Shown here: piece by piece, positions 1 through 6,694 of the stretch | Layout: every line of letters starts with the position of its first letter | How positions within the stretch are numbered: the stretch's first letter is position 1 | Source of the DNA: a virus | Strand: one strand, 5' to 3' | Length of the DNA: 37,733 nucleotides | IMG/VR virus record: IMGVR_UViG_3300043821_000021 | Notes under the pieces: generated by a model | What the model saw: the letters and a program-made list of their open reading frames with translations, nothing else | What the model was told of the DNA's origin: nothing | Database searches by the model: none | Position numbers and translations under genes: made by a program

Positions 1-255
1 GGCACGATAGATTCATCATATTGGGAAATCACCGGCCTCTGCATACGGAGATAAAAGGGCCAATAATCTGGCTGCATATAAAGAAAAAATCAGCATGCTT
101 AATCTATCAGATTACTGGAACATACTGAATTAATGAGTATTACGGCTTGTGGCATCGGGACAAAATCGGGACAAAAACGGCCCAAAACCAGCTGATGACA
201 GTAGAAAAGCACATTGATAATGAATAAGTTAGAAAATGATACTCAGGGTGGGCGA
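1..255. repeat. Terminal direct repeat, copy 1 (identical to 37479..37733); indicates a circular genome or assembly overlap
   Basis: The first 255 nt (ggcacgatagattc...actcagggtgggcga) match the last 255 nt base for base. The repeat carries the 3' end of the lipoprotein ORF (1..54) and the 5' end of the integrase ORF. Confidence 0.95.
154..175 (+). repeat. Tandem 11-bp repeat ATCGGGACAAA x2 upstream of the integrase; candidate arm-type or regulatory site
   Basis: atcgggacaaa occurs at 154..164 and again at 165..175, in a non-coding stretch between the lipoprotein gene and int. Confidence 0.5.
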
Positions 256-1554
256 ATCTCGTCCTCTCCGCAAAATCTCTCTAACTCAGATAATATGAGC
301 GAGTTAGAGAGTTGTTCCGAAAAAAACGGGACAGCATCGGGACAGCATTTTTCTTTGTACAGCACCCTCGTGGAGCTGGCCAAAGAAAAAAAAATGTGTT
401 TTTCTCAACCAAAAGCTTACGTGCAATATATACCACCACGGCTCACCAAGGGCAAAGTCTGGTATATCTCATATTACGTACAGAATCCGGAAACCGGGAA
501 GCTCAAAAGATTACGAGTAAAGTTGGATAGGTATCATTCCGTGAAGGAAAAGCTGGCAGCTGCCAGGAACATTTCCGCTGACCTGGAAGAAAAGCTCGCT
601 CTGGGATGGAATCCGATGATAGAGAGCAAAGCTCCGAAAGCATATTCAAAACTATTCAGAGCGCTCGATTCTTTCCTCACTGTCAAAGACAGAGAGCTGG
701 AAGGCAATTCTCTTCGCAGCTATCATTCTTACGTGAAGATCATAAAGCAATGGCTGCTTGCGAATGGATATAAAGAAGATATGCTCGCAGTCTCATTCAC
801 TGACAGAGTGGCGTTATCATTCCTGGATGAGATCGAGCAAACGAAATCTCCTAGAACATACAATAACTATGTAACATTCTATCGGAGTCTCTTTGCCTGG
901 ATGATGGATAAAGGATATATAGCGGCCAATCCTTTCAGCAATCTGAAGAAGAAGCCAAAGCGCCTGACAAAGAAGATCCGGAGAGTGGTCAGCGATCAGG
1001 AACTCATCCGGATAGTCAATTTTCTAAGCAAGGATAATCCGGAATTCCTGGCAATGGCCATGCTTTGCTATTGCTGTTTTCTGAGGCCGAAAGAACTTGT
1101 TATGCTCAAATGTAGGGATATCAGCTTGCGGCAACAGACGATCCATGTGAATGCGAAAATCGCCAAGAATGACAATGAATCATTCAGAACGATTCCTGAT
1201 GAGATAATGCCGCTGATGCAGAGCCTGGACTATTCGCACCCTGACTGGTTCCTTTTCGGAGAGAATATTCAGAACCATAATTTCCATCCGGCACCGAAGC
1301 AAATGAACAGCCGGAAAATTGCGAGATTCTGGGATCGCAGAGTGAGAGCGGAATGCCAACTGCCTATGGATGTGCAATTTTACAGCCTGAAGGATACAGG
1401 AATAACGAATATGCTGAATAAAGGGGTGCCAATCAATATCGTGCAGAAACAGGCAGATCACTCCAGCGTGGCAATTACCTCTCTGTATATTGGCAGAACC
1501 GCCCAAGCAGACGGAGAAATCAAGTCGGCCGACGTGCTGAATCGGAATCAGTAG
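214..1554 (+). CDS. int: Tyrosine recombinase / phage integrase (Bacteroidota phage/CTn type)
   Basis: 446-aa ORF. The N-terminal segment KGKVWYISYYVQNPETGKLKRLRV resembles an arm-type DNA-binding domain, followed by a SAM-like core-binding region. The C-terminal catalytic region contains CFLRPKEL (Arg), HSSVAITSLYIGR (His and Tyr) and LKDTGITNM. The start is uncertain: TTG at 214, ATG at 220, 295 and 394. Confidence 0.9.
   Translation: MIMNKLENDTQGGRISSSPQNLSNSDNMSELESCSEKNGTASGQHFSLYSTLVELAKEKKMCFSQPKAYVQYIPPRLTKGKVWYISYYVQNPETGKLKRLRVKLDRYHSVKEKLAAARNISADLEEKLALGWNPMIESKAPKAYSKLFRALDSFLTVKDRELEGNSLRSYHSYVKIIKQWLLANGYKEDMLAVSFTDRVALSFLDEIEQTKSPRTYNNYVTFYRSLFAWMMDKGYIAANPFSNLKKKPKRLTKKIRRVVSDQELIRIVNFLSKDNPEFLAMAMLCYCCFLRPKELVMLKCRDISLRQQTIHVNAKIAKNDNESFRTIPDEIMPLMQSLDYSHPDWFLFGENIQNHNFHPAPKQMNSRKIARFWDRRVRAECQLPMDVQFYSLKDTGITNMLNKGVPINIVQKQADHSSVAITSLYIGRTAQADGEIKSADVLNRNQ
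327..348 (+). repeat. Tandem 11-bp repeat CGGGACAGCAT x2 (second CGGGACA pair)
   Basis: cgggacagcat occurs at 327..337 and 338..348. It shares the CGGGACA core with the pair at 154..175. It lies inside the longest int ORF but upstream of the alternative ATG at 394. Confidence 0.5.
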
Positions 1555-1894
1555 CAGCTTCTTGTTCAAAGGAAACTACGCCGTCAAAATATTCATTATA
1601 GAAGCGATACAGACCTTCATCGATGGTGATAACGCCTTGCTCAGTTCGTGGATTTGTGTTGATATTGGCCGACATCTCACAGACGAATGAGAAATTCTCA
1701 GCTTCACCGGCAATAATCTTTGAATGATTCCGAAATACGGCAATCCGGCCATACTTAGGGGCGAATTCCTTCAGGTGGCTGTATTCAACGATATAGGAAC
1801 CTGGAAAGATTTCACCGACATAGAAATCAGCTTTCGCTATTCTGCCTGATTCCAGCCATTCTTGAAACTGCCTTACATCTTCCTCTGCCATCAC
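1520..1894 (-). CDS. PLD/HKD-family nuclease-like protein, C-terminal fragment carrying the HKD motif
   Basis: FRNHSKIIAG...EMSANINTNPRTE fits the HxK...GSxN phospholipase-D/Nuc signature. The first codon (GTG, 1894..1892) directly follows, in frame, the TGA that ends ORF 1895..2173. Confidence 0.6.
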   Translation of the reverse strand: MMAEEDVRQFQEWLESGRIAKADFYVGEIFPGSYIVEYSHLKEFAPKYGRIAVFRNHSKIIAGEAENFSFVCEMSANINTNPRTEQGVITIDEGLYRFYNEYFDGVVSFEQEAATDSDSARRPT

Positions 1895-2173
1895 TCAAGT
1901 GGAAACAAGAAGGTGCCGGATCTTTCCGCAATAACGCATGATGAGCCGAAGATATGACATTGCATCGACATCTCCGGCCGTTATGAAGTGATAGGCATAT
2001 CCTTTCTGGAATCCGCTAATATCATTCAGAGAATCCATCAGCTGAGTTTCAGAGAAAGCCCTTCTATAAAGATATTTCGTTGTGAGCGAGAAGCATTTGA
2101 CCGACCGCCTGCCATTTACGTGAGTCTCTGCCGGTGATGGAGAGAGCTGCTTCATCAGGTCATCAAGCTTCAT
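1895..2173 (-). CDS. PLD/HKD-family nuclease-like protein, N-terminal fragment, ended by an in-frame TGA
   Basis: YHFITAGDVDAMSYLRLIMRYCGKIRHLLVST reads like the first beta-alpha-beta of a PLD fold. The TGA at 1897..1895 is in the same frame as the downstream ORF. Confidence 0.55.
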   Translation of the reverse strand: MKLDDLMKQLSPSPAETHVNGRRSVKCFSLTTKYLYRRAFSETQLMDSLNDISGFQKGYAYHFITAGDVDAMSYLRLIMRYCGKIRHLLVST

Positions 2174-2670
2174 TTCAGGATGAATTTCTTGATTGCAATG
2201 AATGCCGCATAAATAGCCATCAAAACAAGAGCGATGGTTCCCAGCTGCATCCGGAATGACTGCCAGGCAGACAGCTGCTTTTCCTGATAAATCCTTTGGA
2301 CTCTGACTATATCAGATTTCTGTTTGGAGGCTTCGGAATGGATGTATTTCGGAATGACTATCGGTGCTGGCAGCATAACATCCTTATTCTGGAGCGTATG
2401 ATGGAGCTGGCCATTGTCTATCCAGGCATCAGACTCAGCTACCTGAGTTTCCAGGTGGCTTGTGCTGTCTTTTGGTACAAGCTCTGAGGCAATGCCGGTC
2501 GGAACCTGAACATAGATTATGCTGTCACGATATATCACCGAATCTTTCACAACAACAGATACAGAATCAGTGACGCTCTTTTCCGGATAGATCCGATGGG
2601 AGCATCCGGCCGATATCAGCACCATCACGCATAATATGCTAGCTTTTCTTAGTATCTTGGGAATCGTCAT
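2170..2670 (-). CDS. Lipoprotein with a C-terminal transmembrane helix; unimolecular spanin candidate
   Basis: The signal peptide has a lipobox (VMVLISAGC). The C-terminal hydrophobic helix is LGTIALVLMAIYAAFIAI. An ATGA overlap couples it to the upstream holin-like gene. Confidence 0.45.
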   Translation of the reverse strand: MTIPKILRKASILCVMVLISAGCSHRIYPEKSVTDSVSVVVKDSVIYRDSIIYVQVPTGIASELVPKDSTSHLETQVAESDAWIDNGQLHHTLQNKDVMLPAPIVIPKYIHSEASKQKSDIVRVQRIYQEKQLSAWQSFRMQLGTIALVLMAIYAAFIAIKKFILK

Positions 2671-3044
2671 TGTCGATCTTCTTTCTCTTCGTCATTTCCA
2701 TCAAACTTATCATATTCTTCATTTATTCCATACCTCCCATATCCCCCATATCTTTCATCCTCGCCATACTCCCCATCCTCTTTATATCCTTCATCATCCT
2801 TACTGACTGAAAGCGTTGTCCCATTATGAGTAACTTTTGCATTGACACCTTCTCTTACCGCAGCCACGAATGCCCATAGAGCCGAAAATGCAAACACTTC
2901 CCCTACGGCAGTAACTACTGACCTATCAATTGCACCTGCAGGCGGCATGAAGAAACTTGTTATAATAAGCCCCATTGCTATAATAGTTAGGGCAAGTAAC
3001 ACATAGTTCCCCTTAACAGCGCCCTTAATTATCTCTTTCATCAT
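2667..3044 (-). CDS. Holin-like small membrane protein
   Basis: 125 aa with two hydrophobic helices (YVLLALTIIAMGLIITSFFM, VVTAVGEVFAFSALWAFVAAV) and a highly charged low-complexity tail. It is adjacent to the spanin-like gene. Confidence 0.4.
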   Translation of the reverse strand: MMKEIIKGAVKGNYVLLALTIIAMGLIITSFFMPPAGAIDRSVVTAVGEVFAFSALWAFVAAVREGVNAKVTHNGTTLSVSKDDEGYKEDGEYGEDERYGGYGRYGINEEYDKFDGNDEEKEDRQ

Positions 3045-3070
3045 TCAGCTTGATTAATATAATTATACTA

Positions 3071-4456
3071 CTAATGCCACGTATTATCATAAGTTGAAAC
3101 AACTAGCCAGCCGCCTCCGATAGTCGAAGAGCCCACTGTTGGGGTCAGGTAATTCGTGCCGACATATATCAGCTCCCATACTTCACCTCCGGCAATCTCT
3201 TTTCTCGTACCATTGATATACAGATGCGTTGAGTTGCTGTCATTTGTGTTAACGACAGTGACCTTCTTGCCTATCTGAATCCCAGTTGTAGCTAACACAT
3301 AATCGACGCTGCTAAGATTTCCGGCGAAAAGAATAACATCCACTGGAAAATATTTGCTATCATCACTTGCAGTGCTATAGAGAGGGATAACTTTAATCGT
3401 ATCGCTCACGCCTGACAGGTTCTGCATCGTATACTGCACACCAGAATATGTCGTTATTTGACCTCTAGTTTTAAAATAAGCGAGGCGTGCACGCACCTCC
3501 ATGCAGTTACGGCCTCTATGCCCAAATTGTGTAGTACACCAGATGTCGCTGGCATAATATCTCACAGGATACATGATGGGAGTCCCATTCTCCATCTCAA
3601 CGTGGGATGCCAGCATCTTCAAATCACCTGTGATATGGAAACGGCCCTCGGAGTCTGCATATAAGTTGTAAGTATAAGAGGTGCCGTTGATATTGACAGT
3701 TGAGGAAAGAGTTGCTCCTTGAAGTATCGCAGACTTAGCTCGGAGCGTTCCATCCTGGTCAATTGTGGCATTATCCCCTACCTTTATTGTGCCTGTAGAT
3801 CCGTCAAGATCGATGGCAGGAACGAAGTCAGCATTCGTATAGTCATCGCTTTCTTCACCGTTAAGCGTGCCATGCGTCGAATAGAGATGGTAGTGCCCAT
3901 CGCTATCCTCTTTGATAAAGAAACCTCCTATCAGTCCGGATGATGCGGAAATCTGGCCCTTGAACGTGCCATCCTCAGCATATACACGGCCATCCGCATC
4001 CACATGGAATTTGGCATCAGTCGGATTAACTGCGCCTACCCAGATAGGATAGTCGCCGCCTCCCAGCCCCACATTTATCGTCGTGCCATCGCTTTTCATT
4101 ACCAGCAGCTGATTGGTCTGAGCAAACCGCAGCACGGCATTGGCGGCAATGATCATCGATGTATAGATGGGATTCATCATATTGTAAGGAGTCCAGTAAC
4201 TCGATCCCTCCTGTGGCTGATTATCCGCACTCGAAGTGTGAGTGATCACGCATTGCCAGGCCGTGAAGGTATTGAGGCCGGTGGTTACTGTTACCACATC
4301 CAGGAACCGTGGACTGGCGACATCTTTGCTGTCGTTATGATACTCCGTGCCTGCCTGCCATTCGGTGATACGTATGATCTGGCCCTCAATGCTGGAGCCA
4401 TCATGACCGTCCTTTGGCCTGCGCCGAATACAGATATGCCCTGATGCCGTTATCAT
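3071..4456 (-). CDS. Tail fibre / receptor-binding-like structural protein
   Basis: 461 aa, rich in Gly/Ser/Thr/Asn beta-type sequence (DADGRVYAEDGTFKGQISASSGLIGGFFI). It lies at the distal end of the tail module just downstream of the DGR. Confidence 0.4.
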   Translation of the reverse strand: MITASGHICIRRRPKDGHDGSSIEGQIIRITEWQAGTEYHNDSKDVASPRFLDVVTVTTGLNTFTAWQCVITHTSSADNQPQEGSSYWTPYNMMNPIYTSMIIAANAVLRFAQTNQLLVMKSDGTTINVGLGGGDYPIWVGAVNPTDAKFHVDADGRVYAEDGTFKGQISASSGLIGGFFIKEDSDGHYHLYSTHGTLNGEESDDYTNADFVPAIDLDGSTGTIKVGDNATIDQDGTLRAKSAILQGATLSSTVNINGTSYTYNLYADSEGRFHITGDLKMLASHVEMENGTPIMYPVRYYASDIWCTTQFGHRGRNCMEVRARLAYFKTRGQITTYSGVQYTMQNLSGVSDTIKVIPLYSTASDDSKYFPVDVILFAGNLSSVDYVLATTGIQIGKKVTVVNTNDSNSTHLYINGTRKEIAGGEVWELIYVGTNYLTPTVGSSTIGGGWLVVSTYDNTWH

Positions 4457-4842
4457 TTCGTAAGCTTTGAAATCTCCGTTACTGCTTTCTTCGCTATCTC
4501 CTTAGCATGGGCCCTCCATGCCTGGAAGCTCTGATATTCGGAGATATATTCAGTGCGTTTTGCATCAGTGATGTCGCTCTCCGTGTCTTTGGCGCTCTCA
4601 TAGTTGGAGATCAGAGCCTGAACATCATCCTGAGAATATCTGTCGTTCACTATGGCGGCAATAAGCTGGCCATATTCCCTGCCTGTGGCATCGACATTCT
4701 CGCAGTCGTGATATGTCTCCGGATCATTTTCCATGGTCTGTTCCTCTTCGCTGAAATCGAAGAAAAGTCTGGTTATGTTACCCTCTAGGATAACCAGCAC
4801 GCCACTCTCTGGCAGCGTCTTGATTGCGTAATTTGATTTCAT
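4453..4842 (-). CDS. Hypothetical acidic protein
   Basis: 129-aa ORF coupled to the next gene by an ATGA overlap. Strongly acidic composition and no recognisable motif. Confidence 0.5.
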   Translation of the reverse strand: MKSNYAIKTLPESGVLVILEGNITRLFFDFSEEEQTMENDPETYHDCENVDATGREYGQLIAAIVNDRYSQDDVQALISNYESAKDTESDITDAKRTEYISEYQSFQAWRAHAKEIAKKAVTEISKLTK

Positions 4843-4853
4843 ATTCTATGGTT

Positions 4854-5447
4854 CTATTCGTCAAAATAATATGCGCTTTTGCCATCACCCAATGGCCTGC
4901 GCCTGATTACCACTCCATCGACCGGAAATATCTTCGTGCCTTTCTGCTCAGCAGCTCTTGCCTTATCAAGAACGTTCTTCAGGTTGAAGGCATTTGTGAT
5001 GAACTTGCTTTTCTGATGATTAGCATCCTCGAAAAGCACGCAATATCTTCCATCGCCTTCCTTAGTCTTGATTCCAGCCTCGAAGTCCAGAACAGTAATA
5101 GGCACATTGAGAATGTCCGTTATCCTCGTGCTCTTCACATCGAAGAACTTCTTGCCATCCTTCGTGAATTGATCCTGATGTATTCCTTTTGAAGCGAAAC
5201 TCATATCATTATTCGTAATTACTCTCCATAAATTTTTACAGTTACCCCACTTGCACCAACCCCAGTAGCTTGCCAATACCTGCCTCCGTCTCTTAGGATT
5301 CTGAATCCTGTGCGATGTCCTGGCGAATTCCTGCTTTATGCTCTTTCTTAGCCGGACTCCATTCGTGGCGAACACATAGCCAAGATAATCAATGCTTCTT
5401 CCTTTTATGGCTACGCTGCCTTTTCCTATGTTTCCTTTTACTTCCAT
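4854..5447 (-). CDS. DGR reverse transcriptase, segment 3 of 3 (thumb plus a C-terminal extension of about 116 aa)
   Basis: RSIDYLGYVF and LASYWGWCKWGN match the thumb region of DGR/group-II-like RTs. The extension after the internal ATG at 5204 has no canonical RT counterpart. This segment is +1 relative to segment 2. Confidence 0.85.
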   Translation of the reverse strand: MEVKGNIGKGSVAIKGRSIDYLGYVFATNGVRLRKSIKQEFARTSHRIQNPKRRRQVLASYWGWCKWGNCKNLWRVITNNDMSFASKGIHQDQFTKDGKKFFDVKSTRITDILNVPITVLDFEAGIKTKEGDGRYCVLFEDANHQKSKFITNAFNLKNVLDKARAAEQKGTKIFPVDGVVIRRRPLGDGKSAYYFDE

Positions 5448-5709
5448 TCACAAACTCACCTATAGGCGCTACAATCACATTTCCTTTAACCACCAGGCCT
5501 GCCTCATCATTGAGCCTAACATATTCATCCAGCATCTGCCACGCCTCGTGTTTCGTCCTGGCCAATCCCACAACATCATCGCAATATCTCAGATAGCACT
5601 TGCACCGGAATTCCTCCTTCATGCGATGGTCAATGTCGCTCACGGAATAATTAGCCAGTGGCTGGCTTGTGTATGCCCCAATAGGCAGCCCTCTTCTGCA
5701 TTTCATCAT
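5389..5709 (-). CDS. DGR reverse transcriptase, segment 2 of 3 (palm: GxxxSQ and YxDD)
   Basis: GLPIGAYTSQPLANY is the DGR-diagnostic [ILV]GxxxSQ motif and YLRYCDDVV is the catalytic YxDD. This segment is +1 relative to segment 1. Confidence 0.9.
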   Translation of the reverse strand: MMKCRRGLPIGAYTSQPLANYSVSDIDHRMKEEFRCKCYLRYCDDVVGLARTKHEAWQMLDEYVRLNDEAGLVVKGNVIVAPIGEFVNGSKRKHRKRQRSHKRKKH

Positions 5710-6280
5710 CTAAAGCCTCTTGTACCTCATCTTCTGAATCATAATTCAAAATCGCAATCTCGATGAGCCGTATGAACTTCTCATCTTTGAACTTTCTCCT
5801 CAATATCTCCAAAAGCTTTTCATGCTGAATGCTCTGATAATATTTCTTGCAGTCGGCCTTCCAGAACCATTTATATTCCGGATAGCGCCTCAGCATCATC
5901 TTCAACCGCCTCACTCCATAATGCAAGCCTTTCCCCGGCACGCATGCGAAAGAATCGGATATGAGTCTGTGATAAATATCCTGCCCAATCACGTTCATAA
6001 TAGCATGATGCAAGATTCGCCACGGATAATACTTCTGAGTTCTGATCTCCCTCACCTTACCATGACGGTCTGAGATCATAAGGCACTTATAGTCAGGGTC
6101 TGGGAAGTTAAGATTGAGAATCATTTCACGCAAAGCAAGAAGATCTTCTTCAGCATGAAGATTATGCCTTCTTATATGCCTGTTTTTCTCAACTTTCCCA
6201 GCCTGAGCCTTTTTGTCAGCCAGTCTCAAATTATCCATGTCTGCAATCTTTTCAAGCAGATAACCTCTTCGTTTTACCAT
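5651..6280 (-). CDS. DGR reverse transcriptase, segment 1 of 3 (N-terminus, fingers, motif A)
   Basis: MVKRRGYLLEKIADMDNLRLADKKAQAGK is an N-terminus typical of DGR RTs. Also present are YPWRILHHAIMNV, SFACVPGKGLHYG, and KADCKKYYQSI (motif A Asp). Confidence 0.9.
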   Translation of the reverse strand: MVKRRGYLLEKIADMDNLRLADKKAQAGKVEKNRHIRRHNLHAEEDLLALREMILNLNFPDPDYKCLMISDRHGKVREIRTQKYYPWRILHHAIMNVIGQDIYHRLISDSFACVPGKGLHYGVRRLKMMLRRYPEYKWFWKADCKKYYQSIQHEKLLEILRRKFKDEKFIRLIEIAILNYDSEDEVQEALDDEMQKRAAYWGIHKPATG

Positions 6281-6482
6281 ACAATCACTGTCTTTTCAGA
6301 CTATATTAGCACGAACTTGCAAGATCGTGATGCCCAGAGTTTTCGAGAATCAACCTACTAGCACTGCTTGCTCTCTAAGAGAGCCTTTCCGCAATATGTT
6401 TTCTGACATCACGGCCATAATAGCCGTTACGCTGCATTACTTGATGCAGGGTCAAGGTGCAGGGAATCCGTTTCTCATATTC

Positions 6483-6594
6483 TTGTATGGCGAGAGCCGA
6501 TATTCGCATTCGCATTCGACCAGGCGTTATTCGTATTCGCATAACCGAGACCGGCTAACGAGCCGTTATTCGCATTCCCACCCCACAGCGGAAG
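6483..6594 (-). repeat. DGR template repeat (TR)
   Basis: 112 bp matching VR at 95 of 112 positions. In the VR reading frame it encodes LPLWGGNANNGSLAGLGYANTNNAWSNANANIGSR, with AAT/AAC Asn codons at the variable sites. It lies between the target gene and the RT. Confidence 0.95.
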
Positions 6595-6694
6595 ACCAAG
6601 CTCTCATTCCCTTCTACCTACCGGATGCCGAAATGACATCCGGATTTCTTTAACAAATATATCCTTACAAGGCCCGGAATCATAGGACAGAAAA

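Noticed and set aside
1520-1554. 35-bp convergent overlap of the int 3' end and the PLD-like ORF 3' end
   Set aside because: It most likely reflects a non-conserved C-terminal tail of the PLD-like ORF (...EAATDSDSARRPT). No hairpin or other structure was seen there.
1895-1897. Genome-wide TGA reassignment (code 4-like recoding), as described for some gut phages
   Set aside because: TGA serves as a working terminator in several tightly coupled ATGA overlaps (2170, 2667, 4453, 15360, 21802, 24798). All large genes are intact under the standard code. Only this one TGA is anomalous.
2700-2800. Low-complexity repetitive DNA (ccat/tcat-rich)
   Set aside because: It encodes the acidic Gly/Tyr/Glu/Asp tail of the holin-like protein (EGYKEDGEYGEDERYGGYGRYG) and is not an independent repeat element.
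4453-4842. Avd (DGR accessory variability determinant) candidate next to the RT
   Set aside because: The size is about right, but the protein is strongly acidic, whereas Avd proteins are basic helical bundles. It also lies downstream of the RT rather than between target and TR.
5389-5709. Both RT segment overlaps are exactly 59 nt (5651..5709 and 5389..5447)
   Set aside because: The two overlap sequences share no similarity, and the ATGs that define the overlaps may be incidental. I treat this as coincidence unless relatives show the same geometry.
6327-6653. 108-aa + strand ORF with a repetitive RYSHSH peptide
   Set aside because: It is the antisense translation of the DGR template repeat and its flanks. 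The repetitiveness comes from the AAT/GCG codon pattern of TR on the other strand.
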